A stretch of DNA of 63,881 nucleotides, filler included, from Octopus bimaculoides (Eukaryota): assembly GCF_001194135.2 (NCBI RefSeq). It is 4 parts of 4 records of this genome, joined end to end, with 100 filler letters (N's around TTAATTAATTAA, not from the genome) between each part and the next. Parts side by side here need not be neighbours in the genome. Positions count along the whole stretch, not along the records: positions 1 to 29,099 come from NC_068995.1; 3 more parts are not named here. The stretch is one strand, 5' to 3'. The notes beneath the pieces are model-generated. The model ran no database searches. It was not told the origin of the DNA and saw nothing but the letters and a program-made list of their open reading frames with translations. The translations under genes and the position numbers were made by a program. Below, in pieces: positions 1-13,043 of this stretch. How positions within the stretch are numbered: the first letter of the stretch is position 1; every line of letters starts with the position of its first letter.

Positions 1-927
1 TATATATATATATATATATATATTGTCTCACATACACACACATTAATAGATGCACATATGCACACATGCACGCGCGCGTGCGTGTGTGTAGCATTATGAT
101 TTTATAATTGCTGAAATACTATAACTACTCGAACAGAGCTATGCAACATTGGTCGTGCACTTGCAATATGCCTTACATTTGTTGTTGTCACATTGTACTC
201 GTTACTATAAAAGTGTACGTCGGTCTTGTGGGTCACAATGAAGTGTTTAGAGAATGTATGCGTGTAATTTGCTTGTGCATCTATGTGTCACTGAATATGT
301 ATGTGTATGTTTTAAGTAGAGGTGAAAAGATCACAGGTAAATTGGATATCGTGGTTAGTTGTGTGACTACGATAGAGCATTTGAGAAAATTGCTTGGCAG
401 TCAATCTGATGCTTTTAACCGAACATTGTCTATAACTTTTAGCTGACCTTGCTCTGACTATTTACCTCACTTAATTAACGATTTCGTTTAACTTTTTCCT
501 TTATCTGAAACTAGTGCCAAATTGTCCTTGAATAAAAAAAATACGCAAAACAGTAAAATACGAGAGAGCTAGTGTAGGAGACGAAAATGATGATAAAATA
601 AAAGACGGACAGGGGAAGAGACAGAGAGAAGGNNNNNNNNNNNNNNNNNNNNNNNNNNNNNNNNNNNNNNNNNNNNNNNNNNNNNNNNNNNNNNNNNNNN
701 NNNNNNNNNNNNNNNNNNNNNNNNNNNNNNNNNNNNNNNNNNNNNNNNNNNNNNNNNNNNNNNNNNNNNNNNNNNNNNNNNNNNNNNNNNNNNNNNNNNN
801 NNNNNNNNNNNNNNNNNNNNNNNNNNNNNNNNNNNNNNNNNNNNNNNNNNNNNNNNNNNNNNNNNNNNNNNNNNNNNNNNNNNNNNNNNNNNNNNNNNNN
901 NNNNNNNNNNNNNNNNNNNNNNNNNNA

Positions 928-1055
928 GAGAAGAAAGAAGAGAGAGAAAGAGAAGAAATAAGAGAGAGAAAGAGAAGAAAGGAGAGAGAGAAAGAGAAGA
1001 AAGGAGAGAGAGAAAGAGAAGAAAGGAGAGAGAGAAAGAGAAGAAAAGAGAGAGA
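928..1055. repeat. 22-nt GA-rich minisatellite
   Basis: Unit ggagagagagaaagagaagaaa repeated and running into the gap. Confidence 0.8.
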
Positions 1056-1283
1056 ACCACAAAGACATCTCGTTTTTCTCAACAATTTGATTTTTTATTC
1101 GTCACTCTATCTTGGCGTTTTATTTCTATCACTCTTTCCTCCTTCTCACTCCCGCCTCTTTCTCTCCTGTCTTTCTGCCTGTCTGTCTGCTTGCCTGTCT
1201 GTCTGTCTGTCTGCCTGCCTGCTTGTCTGTCTCTGTCTGTCTGTCTCTCTTCCTCTCTCCCCCATCTCCCCCTCTCTCTGTAG

Positions 1284-1367
1284 GAAGTGCTCTGCCATCT
1301 GACCTTGTCTTCAGGAACAGCACAAGAGATAATTGTAAATGCTGTTACACAAATCAATATGCCACAG
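1284..1367 (+). CDS. Candidate 84-nt internal exon, product unknown
   Basis: Strong acceptor (ccccatctccccctctctctgtag) and donor (cag|gtatgc), length a multiple of 3, two frames open (EVLCHLTLSSGTAQEIIVNAVTQINMPQ or GSALPSDLVFRNSTRDNCKCCYTNQYAT). No homology recognised. Confidence 0.35.
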
Positions 1368-2034
1368 GTATGCCCAGCTTATTATTGCACTGCTCTGACC
1401 CAGGCTAGTTGATATACATACTGAAACATGAAAATGATTAAAAATAAAAGAAGATTGACTACAATTCATCATCCTTCACAAGGGCACAGATAAGCTTTGT
1501 AAGACACAAGAACTTACATATTCTTTTCCGTTACTTTATTACACAACTCACACGCACATACTTACAAATATATGAGCGCGCACACTCAAGTACAGACATG
1601 GTCACGCATGTGCGCAGATCCTAACACAGGCCCACAAATATCACGTGAATCTGTCATAATTGCTTTCTTTAAATCAATTTCTATCTGTTATTGCTCTCTC
1701 ATCGGCACCATATCCAATGCATCAACTATCAACTATATGCATATAGACCCATTACTCATTTTTTCTATCTTCGATTGCATTGTCTACATAGACGTATTCG
1801 TATACGAAGCGTCGTGTCTTGCAGTGCTGACTCTAAATTCTATAGGAAATCTATAGCGATAAACTTTAAAATCAAGACATCGCACTGCTAACACAAAAGT
1901 AAAACACGCTACTGACTCGTAAATCTGTCATATACTTGGTAGTATATCATGGTTGCAAAACGAAATACTGTGTCCTTGCTAGCAAATAATATTTGCGTAC
2001 CAGTGTATAATATTTATATATATATATACACGTG

Positions 2035-2325
2035 TGAAGGCGTGTGGTCTAGTGATTAGTATGTTGCACTCCCGATCGTGAGACCGTTGTTTCTATTACC
2101 AGACCAGCGGTGCGTTGTGTTATTTAGCAAGACAGTGAATTTCACGTTACTTTAGTTCACTCGACTGTAAATGGGTAACTCTGCGACGGATTGCTATTCC
2201 ATTTAGGAGGAATGTTGGCTTGCGAGGCTTGATGGCATCATTCGAAAGCTAAAACAATGCAAAGCGCATTGTGAACAGCGGTGTATAACAACATCCGATA
2301 GTCTGGCCGATACCGTGATACCATG
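2035..2325 (+). mobile_element. tRNA SINE family B head with a different tail (decayed)
   Basis: Head and core similar to 61308-61460; tail gctaaaacaatgcaaagcgcattgtg differs. Partial heads also at 30745-30870 and 39797-39900. Confidence 0.7.
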
Positions 2326-2439
2326 ATGTATGTATAAATGGATGGGTTATAATATATGCAAGTAGTTAGGTAGGTGTGTACGTGGGTGTATGTTTTATTT
2401 AAAATACGACTAATTTATAGTTTAATATATATATTTGTA

Positions 2440-3050
2440 AATATGGCGAGCAGCTTTTCTTTTAAATATATTCTGTTGGAAACACGATTATATTCTAATT
2501 TAATCTTTTATATGAAATTTTTCTCGTTAGGAAGAATAAAGTTCCCAAATTCATTTTTATCAACGTTTCCAGGCTATCTCAACCTCATGTTCAGGATATG
2601 GAGCGGTTTTAATAGCCTTTGTGATGTCTATTTTGATAAGGAGCGGGAAGGCTTAGATTCTTCCATTCTAAATTGCGGAGGTTTGAATTAATTTTTCGCT
2701 TATGGAAAGTATTTGGGAAATTTTGGATATGGTTGCAGAAGTCATCTAGTGTTTTATTCCTACCCTTAGGTGGAAGATAATTGCTTCTGTTTTTAACCAG
2801 TGATTCATCTTCGTTGTTGATTCATGCTTTTGTTTTTAACCAGTGATTCATCTTCGTTGTTGTAGTCAGCAGAATTCCGAAATATTGTCTTTAATTTCAT
2901 TCTGGTTAGATCTTCGTGGGGGTTAGGGTAAATTTTAATCCTTTAGTTAGTATATTGATTTTCGTTGCAGAGGGAGTTTTCTTTTATAAATTTATCACTT
3001 TGGGTTTCTCCTGTATGTTTTGTTTCAACGTGTGTCCTTACTTCTCTCCA
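2440..3050 (-). mobile_element. Penelope-like element, 5' ORF fragments (decayed)
   Basis: Minus-strand translation gives PLE N-terminal motifs ILTKGLKF and NEDESLVKNRSNYLPPKGRNKTLDDFCNHIQNFP..KINSNLRNLEW. Segment 2500-2600 is homologous to 6480-6590. Confidence 0.7.
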
Positions 3051-3369
3051 TTCACAAATAAGAAATTCTAGAAGAAATCAACTTAGAGTTAGGAGTAACA
3101 ATTTCTCTCCAGGAATTAGAAACATTCAGGGGACTACTTCTATCGTTCAACGAAGAAACTCGACCCACGGAATTCAATCTATTTACCCAGACTGCCCCGC
3201 CCCCCAAATTTCAAATATAATTAATAACACTGACAATTTATACCAACAAAGAAACTCGAACCACGTAATTCCAACCAATTTACTCATATAGCAAAACCAG
3301 CCTCCTAGCAATTTAAATATAATTATTAACACTGACAATTTTACAAACGAAATTACAGTAAGCATTTTT

Positions 3370-4612
3370 TAGACCGTTAAGATCTATCTATTATAGCTGG
3401 CCCAGCCTGTGAAACCCACCTCCTAAGCAACTTTTTAGACATTCTACTGAAGCTCTTGTTGAAATACATCAAAAGTTTCATGAGAGGCGATCTAAATATG
3501 CTGAACCACCTACCAAAAACAACTAATGAAGAGACACTAATGGTTTCCTTCGATGTTATTAATCTGTACACCAATATCCCACACGACTATAGAATACAAG
3601 CAATAAAATTCTGGCTGGAAAAATTCCCTGAAGAACTTCCGGAACGCAAAAACCAGGTTTTTACTATTGAAATTTTAAAATTTATACTTCAGAACAATTA
3701 TTTCCTATTTGATGACACCTACAACCGAAAAAATTGTGGAATTGCGATGGAAACGAAAGCATCCCCGAGTCACTGCAAAAATGTGGATACATATTTTACC
3801 ATTATATAAGAGAGAACTGGAAAAGATAGCTGGATGACTGCTTTATCATTTGGAATGAAACCATTGATAAACTTTTGGAATTTAAATCAATACTAAATAG
3901 TATAAACCCAAACATTCAGTTTACAATGGAATATAGCAAAGAACAACTCCCTTACTTAGATAGTTTGATGAAAGAAAGTCAACAACCAAATTGTAACCGA
4001 CATTTATCATAAACCAATAGACTCGAAGCAATATCTTCTGTTTAGCTCATGCGACCAGAAACATCAAAAGAAATATTCCCTTTTATTTAGCGAAAACTGT
4101 TTGCACAATAGAGTCTGATGGAAATACTCGAGACCTCCGTCTCCAAGACCTCAGAACAACACTAACCAAGAGACACTATCTGCCCTGACTTATAGATATT
4201 GGAATTAAACGTGCCGAGAAAATAAGCATTAAAACACTAAGGGAAACAAAACCAAACACCACACCTCATCTCAAAATACTACCGTATATATTGACACGCA
4301 ACCCTAGAAACAATGAAACATACAACACCATTATACAAAATCTACGAATGCTCACAAGGGATCCAAAAATGAACTACGTTCTTAAAACACATAAATTCAT
4401 CAAATGTAAAAAGCAATCCAGATCGCTGAAAAGACTACTGACAAATGCAAAGTTAGACACGACAACCACGAAACCAATGGTAAGAAAATGTGGACGTCCA
4501 AACTGTGAAACATGCCCCAACCTATTGGAAGGCTCCGAATTCCAATTAAAACAAGAAGAGAGGTTCACCATTAAGACTAGTTTCATTTGTACATCCGAGA
4601 ATTTAATTTATA
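3370..4612 (+). mobile_element. Penelope-like element RT to GIY-YIG linker (pseudogene)
   Basis: IIAGPACETHLLSNFLDILLK, MVSFDVINLYTNIPH, FILQNNYF, WKR*LDDCFIIW (YLDD mutated to stop), NSINPNIQFTME, then CGRPNCETC and FICTSENLIY, the start of the GIY-YIG domain. Frameshifts and stops present. Confidence 0.92.
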
Positions 4613-6600
4613 ACTTATTCAGGTTGTGGAACTGTTCTGTTCCTGGTATGTATTTGAGGGATAATACAGTTTGAAATAATATGTATTTCTTTGTTGGAGT
4701 ATGGTTCAATGTATTTGTTGCATTGCATGACTGTTGATATTCATCAGAAGCTTAACTATGATTTATGTTATATTGTGGATTTCTTTATCACGAGTTTCAT
4801 TTGTGGAAAGAATCTAAATGCTCTTCTAAGTAGTGATATTTTGTAGTTATGTTGGCATTTGCCATCGCTATACTGATACATTCATTTCTTTGAGTCTTTT
4901 GTATAAACTGATGTAATGTTTCTATTGCTTTTGATCTGAATATTTATGTCTAGAACCAGAGTCGTATTTGTATTGTTTTGAAACTTGAGTTTTAAAACTT
5001 AGTTGTTCTGTAGATCCCTCATTAATTTCTCAATGTCTTCTGATGTGTACATGGCAACTAGTTTATCGCCTCAGCATATTGTGTATATTAAATGCTTGTG
5101 TTTAAGTATCATTTTGTTTTCTATGGTAGCCAAGTAGAATGTGGCGAATGTAGGTCTTGTGGAACTACTCTATCTTTATCAGAGGAGTCCAGTGTAATCC
5201 ATGGGTAGGAGAGGTGCAGCTGAAGTGTAGGAGATTAGAAAGTTCAGGTAGAGAACCCAAGTAGAGAACCCAAGTAGAATAGTCCAGTGTAGAAGGTGTA
5301 AAAGTTCGTTGGTTAATGAGAGGAGACAGGATCGGCATAGCTTGCCATGTGGTCAGCAAAATGATATTTCCATTTTGCAATTTACTAGCAATTTTTTAAA
5401 ATTGTTGATATGAATGTCTTTGTTTTGGAGAGTTTGTATACATATCAAATATTATTTTGACTGATTTTGCTATTGGAACGTTGGTGAAAGGAATTTCTGT
5501 ATCTAGGGTAGAAGTAATACACTTTTCGTTTTGGTACTGTAATTCTCCGGCACATATTTTTTCGTGTTATCTATTTGTTTGATGATAATAGGTGTATTTA
5601 TCTAGGATATTATGAGTAGGAAGGGGTTGTTTTGTTTATGACATTTTACTGGAGTGGAATCTTCTTCGATGTGACAAAAGTACGGGGATCCTCTCTCTGC
5701 ATTTATCACAATAATTATTTTATTTAATATGGGTTAACTTTATAAACTTGTTTCTGCATTTAAGCAAGTTGTTGAATTGTGTAATGTATTTCTCTCTTAT
5801 TACAAACATTTTGTATTTGTTGACGGTGCATATTTTTATATGGTCATTATATTTTAATTCATGTACGGTTTTCTTGAATGGCTTGTTGAGTATTTGGTTA
5901 TTCTTTTGTAGGTATCGATTTTTATTGCATTAACCTCGAAATAAATCTCAGAATTTACCAGTGACTTTCTTAATGTTTGTAGCCATCAGATATTCTAACT
6001 TTTAACAGTCGTTTAATTTCAACTTGTTTCTTCTCTTAGTCGCATTTTGAAGGTAGATGGAATTTGGTATCAAGCCTGAGGGGCGTTAACAATAATACGT
6101 CTTGTATGTGCAACATGATTTTTCTTTTGTTTAGCTAACTTCATTTACTTATATTCCTTTGTCAATTGGTCTAGATAGTGCTGTCTGCATATTATCTAGA
6201 AATGCGTATATATTCCTTAATAAATGTTTTTCACTTAGTGATTTATCTGTTTCCTTCGCAACTCTATAATTTGGATTTGTATATTTTCTATCACCTGAGC
6301 AGCTTTATGTATTTCTCTTACGACGACATTCTTCCAGAAGTCTTTTACATTTTTTGTGTTTGGGTGTTTTATCGTATTGCTTGATATTCATCTATTTGGG
6401 GGAATAACAATTCTTTTAAACATTTTGCATTGAAAACACAACCGTATTTTAATTTAGTCTTTTTTATTAAAGTTTTCTCGTAAATGCTTAACAAACCTTT
6501 TTCGTTCGTTTGGAACAATAAAGTTCCTAAATTTGTTTTTATCAACGTTTCCAGGTTATCTCAGCCTCACCTTTAGGGTGTGGAGTGGTTTTGGCTTTAC
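4613..6600 (-). mobile_element. Second Penelope-like element, most of ORF, heavily decayed
   Basis: Minus-strand motifs GLDTKF, ELKYNDHIKICTVNK..KYITQFNNLL, STLDTEIPFTNVPIAKSVKII (RT SLDV.SLFTNVP motif), LGS.PELSNL and YKISLLRRAF. Confidence 0.8.
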
Positions 6601-9600
6601 ATAAGAAGGCAGCTTATGTTTATGCAGACCTTCCCGCCTGATTTTGACCGTTGCAGTCCTACCTCGTCAGATTTACGTTTTTGACGTATATTATATGCTG
6701 ATTGTAGCCCTGTTAGGATATTAGTTTTGTTTCCATTTAGTTACGAAATTCTAAAATGTATGGAAGTATTTTCCGTTAATATTTTCCAGTAGGGCTTTGA
6801 CTTTGACATTAATGTGAATGAACTCTGATTTCGAATTTGAGAATAACTTCAGGATTATTTTAGCTAATCAATAAATAGATATTTTGGTGGCAGGCATTAA
6901 AAGAATTGACAGAGCAAGGGACACAATACTTTAGTTGCTTATTTAGATTGTTCTGAGTTCAAACCTCGCAGAGTTCAGCTTCACCTTTTATCATACCTAA
7001 ATCAATAAGATAAGTATCAGTTAAGTCTTAAAACCTGTTGGAACAGTTACATGCCATACAAAAAATTCTTAGATTTGTTTCAATATCACATCTCAATAAA
7101 TATATTTTCTAATAAAATTCAAATTTTGTCGTAATGAACTGAATTTCGTATTGATCTGTCCCATTTTCGGAATTCTGCCCTCAAATGATCTTGTGCCTAT
7201 CTCTGAGTTTTAGGATGTTAACTGAATGATGGATCTCATTCTCCTCGATAGGATGCATGTCTATTGCGGGAGGAATTGAACTCAGCAATGCAAGCCAATG
7301 AATTACTCGTTATTCGATGATAGAACTGCTTAACGCTGTGAATTATATGACCCATCATGCTTTGACCATGAACAGAACGTAGTGGCCAGGAAGATGTACA
7401 AACTATTGACTCCTTAGCAATTTTTCCGGTACTCTATCAATCCATCCATCTATGTCTCGTCAATATTCCAAGCTCCTGTATAATGACGAGCTGACGGGGA
7501 AGGCAACTAGGTATCCAAATCTTCTTAAAACCATATCCTACTTGTTTTCAAAATAGAAGAGATATTGAATAGCACTGTCTTAGATTCACTACTTGAAATA
7601 AAGACAAGATAGTCAGGGCTGGAATAACTGCGAACATAGTTCTACTTATTCAAAGCTCACCTGAGGTTAAACAACGATGTAAAGTACTCTACTATCGACA
7701 TGCTTATACCTAGTATTTTTACCAGTTTCCTCACGTTGATATGCGTTTAACATCATAAACTGTTGAATTGGTGTTCTAGGTTAGTCCTAGAAATTAATCT
7801 ATATTTATATGGGGAATGTGACATTGTATTAATGTTGAAATACTTTTACACGTAATTTTACCGTATAAATTTTTCATCAGTTGGATGTCAGTTCTACTTA
7901 TCAATAAAATATTGATGTGTTGATAAAGTTTGCGTGAATGGTAAAAAATTATCACTTAGTAAAGTTTATGTTTTTTAATTAATCATACTACTCTAATACT
8001 CTTATACTTAAATGAGTTTTAGCTTTTTGAAATTACTTGACTTGGAAAGCAAACGATTTAAGAGAAAATGATAATGCGGGTATTGTGAAATGTTTTCTCA
8101 ATTATTCTCAAATAAGCCAGCAATTTTACAACTCATCTATACAATACCTCCACAGTAAATGACATACAATATCAGATAACTTCCATTTCTCTGAATTAGC
8201 GAAGGAGGCTCTATGTGGTCACTCGACCTGCTCGAAATCGCACCCCAGTCTCCGTGAAATCATATCATACGTATCATATTGTCTTTAAAGAAACGGTATG
8301 ACACATTGAATAATGTCTTGAATACACCGTTTGAATAAAATGCGCAACGGAATGCTTTCACTTTTATTGCTTTACTGTAATTTTTCCATTTGTCTGAATA
8401 CATAAGCTAAGACTACATTCTACATGTTTCTACTAATACATTTTACAAATACATAGTATTTGTTTGAATAACTAAGTTAAAGTAAGTTCGTGTATCAAGG
8501 TGATATGTGTTATCATGTTTCGGGAAATGTTATTACTTTGAAGAACGATCTTATTCGAAACCCATATCTAACTTCTCATGACACACGAATTTCTTCTACA
8601 CTACCAATTTCATTTACTGTTTTATTATTAAAAAATTTTTTTTTTAGGGGCAGACTATCGGTAGTTTCTATGAGTTTTATTTATTTTTTTTGTTTGTACT
8701 CATTGGAAGCTTGATTTGAGATGTTGATAAGACATGTATGTCTAATTTAGCCAATCCCAGAAAAGAGCTGCTGCGTCTTGTGGAGTAGCATAATATCTAT
8801 ATTTACCTTCTCGTGGTGATTTGACGGAAATTATGCAAATAATATAATTTCAGTAGATATATTAGAAATACTTTATTTTTGTACCAATGCATTTTTCTTT
8901 CTTTTTTCATGACTGATGGTTTGTAGAAAATCTCTTTTGACTCAAAATAGAAAACTCTGTATTGAACAATTTTGTTGAAATGTCACAAAACAGGTTCTTA
9001 CCTGAGAATCAAGAGTACGCATTCTCACAGCCACATTCCATTATTTCTTTGCGTTTTGAGTACTTTTTTCGCTTTCTAATTTTAGAAATTTTTTTATGGA
9101 AGATTATTTGGAAGAAGACCAAATAAATAAATAAATAGATAAATAAATTTCATCCTCTTATCAAGTTATATCTCTTGCACAGCCCACAATTATTGTTTAG
9201 CATATATTGAACCAGAAAGTATTTAAGGTTTCTATTAAATTATAGATAATACAAAAATTAATCTCTTGTTGATTTCAGAAAGATGTTTAGTACTTTATTT
9301 TACATTATTAAACGATATAATATGGTGTCTGGTCTGTTGCATTTTAAGTTTCATTCAAAACATTCTCAAGCTGGTGAATCCTGTATTTGGAGTTGTAAAT
9401 CAGTTAGATGTATATTTCTTTTAATATTGAAACCCAAACATCATAGAAATCAGGGTTCCATTGAATTGCAAGTTATACAAGAGAAAATAAGAATCACCTG
9501 ACAATAATTTGTAAATTTTTATACAACAAACAGCACATACTTACACAGGGTGCAGGTCTGCAGGTTCAGACAGTAGCTTCGTTAAGTACAATTATTATCT

Positions 9601-11700
9601 AACATTTAAACTTATATATCTCCCAAGTTAGATGACTAATGGTGATTCCATTTTAATACTTGAGAACCCATTCGGTCGAAACCGTCACTTCACTCATGGA
9701 CAATATCTTTTCTCTTCCAGTGGTTTGAAATATCATATCATCCAAATCAGATATAATCGTAAGACTATAAAAATAGACCGAATGATTTAGATCTTGTCTT
9801 TCAAATATACAATTTTGTTTTTTTCCCCAAAACACTAGGTTAATGAAGTTCATTTATCTATTGTGATAAAAATTCCATAGATCAGAAGCTATAATTGTTT
9901 CTAACAAATTTGTTAAAAACATTTTCTAGGTAGAAGGACACGAAAGTTCTTCGAAACATAAAACACTCATTTGCTGGCCAATTAACCGAATTATTATTTC
10001 AAGCACATATTTCAGTGTTATTTACAGCAGAAATAATTTTTTTACTTCTTAGAAATATATATGCATCACAATAACTCAGTACTGAAAGAGCTCACTCAAA
10101 CACACACACGTACACACACACACATACACACACATGCAACACACACACACGCAAGCACACACACACACAAACAAACACACACGCAATGTTCTGTCTAAAA
10201 CAATTGACATAGTAACCTAGAATTGTTGTAAAACATAGCGCTTCGCTGTGTTCAGTGTTACATAAAAGAAAAAAAAAACATATTTCTTTACAAGTAGGTG
10301 ATGTCTATAAAATGAAACTATTTAAAAACAAAAATGAAAAAGTTGTCATTAAAGGCAGGCTGGATACACTAAAACTTCCAGTGTGATATCATAAATAAAA
10401 TTGAAGCCATCGAAGCATGGAGGTTAAGTGCCAACAAGTACAGAAGATTACTTTTCTGCAAATTTGTACTGTGAATCTAAAGTTAAGTGAAGATATATGA
10501 TACAGACTAATAAGTGAGGAGGTGTACGAAAAGAGCTTCTAGTTAGAAATTGTCACTGAGAACACAAGAAATTGTTTCCAACAAAAACTATTCCTTGTGC
10601 AATTCATCAAGCTCATGCGTTATGGAGAGCATTCGCAGTAGAAACAAAGAAGTGCCGACATTTCTTATGAAAAAAAAAAAAGAAATAAGTAATATAAAAA
10701 ACTAAGTGCTTATGAATTATAAACAAGATTTTGTCCGATATTCAGTTTCATTTTCTACTAATTAATAATTTCCATTTGTTTTTTTCTGCGACTAATAAGT
10801 AGCAAGCTAAAACCTTCACTAATTCTACAATTGCCTAATGAAATTCAAGATCGTCTCAACTCTCTTTAATCCTTCATTAGAATATATGACCCTTTCGAAA
10901 GAACCCAAGAGATTTCATCTGGTGATTCAACTTCCAGAGGTTATTTTACTATGGTAACCAATTTTATTTTCTTCTCGTCACTTTCTTCCAGAGACCCAAG
11001 TTAAAAATATATTTAGAGAACCGTGTACCTTGTAGAATATTATATAGTGAGGAGGTAACTAATACAACAATATTATCTGAAAGAGAATGTATAGAACTCA
11101 GTTCCTTGGCTGACATATAGAATATCACAAGAGATCAAGAATAATAGTACAATACATTCAATTGAACGACAGTCTCAAAATACCCAAGCTGCATTATCGG
11201 TAACGTACAGAGACTGACAATGAGTACTTATAGTAGAATTCTTTTGGAATCGACAAACCAGTTCAGTAACCTACTGGCACTGCTTATTTGGAGAAATATA
11301 TGATGAGACTAAACCTATTTTGTCTGTTAGCAGCCAGAAATTTTAAGTAACACGTAACACACGTTATTAGTAACGAATAACACTACTAATTGAACCACAC
11401 TGTTTCTAAGCGCAATAATCAAACTAATAGAAGGGTATAAGGGACATTGATGAAACAATGGACAGTAATAAATCACAAATGTAAGTAGTAGCCAATGCTG
11501 GAAATATTACGAACCACGATGATAATAATAATAATGATGATTATAAACGATAACAATATCAACAACAACAACTACAACAGCAATAATAATCAAATTAAGG
11601 ATAAAAATAAAAACTAAAATGAAAATAAAGAATATAGCAATTGCAAAAACAAAAAGAAACAAAAGCAGTAAGAAGAGGGTTTGAGAAATATTAATAACAT

Positions 11701-11841
11701 CAACTGGTACTTAATTTATCGACCCTAAAAGGAAGAAAGGCAAAGTCGACCTCGGTGGAATTTGAACTCAGAACGTAGCGATGGGCGAAATACCGCTGAG
11801 CATTTTGCTCGGCGCGCTAACGATTCTGCCAGCTCGCTTCC
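11701..11841 (-). mobile_element. SINE, same family as the 22.5-kb array
   Basis: Reverse complement of the array unit head and central domain. Confidence 0.85.
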
Positions 11842-11875
11842 TGTTAATAATAATAATAATAATAATAACAACAAC

Positions 11876-11906
<31 letters not shown>

Positions 11907-11979
11907 TTTTTTTTAAAGGATTGACGTAACTCTTCACAAAGGTAAACAGTCAAGACGAAGAGCGCGATTCGATTGTAAT

Positions 11980-12950
11980 AAATATTTTATTAGTTGAACG
12001 ATATTTCAACAGTACGTCTGTCTTTGTCAAGTTCAAAATAAGAAGTGATAAAAATTCAAAATTACAGAAATTTAAACGTAAAGTATGAACGAGAGCAACC
12101 AGCGTTGATGGAATGACATCATCAGTTTTTAAGTTTCAAATTTATAACAGGCGAAAAGAAAAAGACAGAAAAAAGAGAAAAAAGAAGACGACAGAAAGAA
12201 AGGAAAGAAAAAAGAGAAAAAGAAGAATATTTAGTGAAACAGTTTTGTATAAATTTGATGATATTCTCCTGTCATCTTATTCATTCCTCCAGGGCATTTC
12301 TCCTCATACATTCTGAGAAGTGAAAGTGAAGCAGATTCAGAATATTTTCTGAGAATATGCACTTTCAAATCTTCTTCAAAATTGCAACCGCTTGAAACGA
12401 AATGTTCAGCAAGTTCTGTCGAACTACTGTTATTGTACCTGACCTCGAATCTGCCCAGTAAACCTTTTTGTTTAATTGTTCTGTTGTTCAACCAATATAA
12501 ATCAAGTTGTGTTTTGTGCATTCTGCAGCGTACACCAAATGGGAATCTCTGTATAAATCATAACATTTCTGTTAAGATTCCTGATGGAATCCACTTGACT
12601 CATGTTGTTGCACAATGAACAGGGCTTACCTCTCTTGCGGCTGTTCTTCAAGGTACAGCGTGCAGATACTCCAATGTTCGTTTTCTTGGAGTCAGAAATA
12701 GAGGTCGATAATTCTCTTATATTTTTATTCCGTCTAAAGACTGCAATAGGCGGCTGAGGAAATATCTGTTTGAAATGAGGATATTTTTTCGCCACATGCT
12801 GGTAACTTTCATGCAACACTTTCGAAATGCCAACGAAATGTCGGCGCCAGTTAATCACTAAAGGATTTCTGTCATCTATTGTATTGTGTTTGCTAAAATT
12901 ATGCATGAAGGTTTGACTATCTTTGCTAATCTTAAATATTTCATTTGCTA
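11980..12950 (-). mobile_element. Penelope-like element 3' part: linker, GIY-YIG endonuclease and 3' terminal repeat
   Basis: NPLVINW..QIFPQPPIAVFRRNKNIREL, RGKPCSLCNNM, LVYAAECTKHNLIYIG*TTEQLNKRF and STELAEHF, followed by a 3' region with a hammerhead motif and AATAAA. Confidence 0.88.
11994..12036 (-). ncRNA. Minimal type I hammerhead ribozyme motif, U3-A8 variant
   Basis: Minus strand reads ttgaac-TTGACAA-a-gacag-acgta-ctgtt-GAAA-t-ATC-gttcaa: perfect 6-bp stem I, 5-bp stem II, loopless palindromic stem III, AUC triplet. Confidence 0.7.
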
Positions 12951-13043
12951 TTTCCTTTAATCATGATTCACTGTAACTGCGTAGGACATAATGATATACA
13001 AAAACATTTGCATGTTTCCAGTAATCCCCTATGTCAGTACAAA

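Noticed and set aside
6600-6700. CTGACGA on the minus strand near the PLE 5' end as another hammerhead
   Set aside because: There are five extra nucleotides before the putative stem II, AAAA instead of GAAA, and no stem I partner.
7380-7800. Possible Tx1-like LINE remnant
   Set aside because: Only a four-residue match (ESIV) was seen, which is insufficient.
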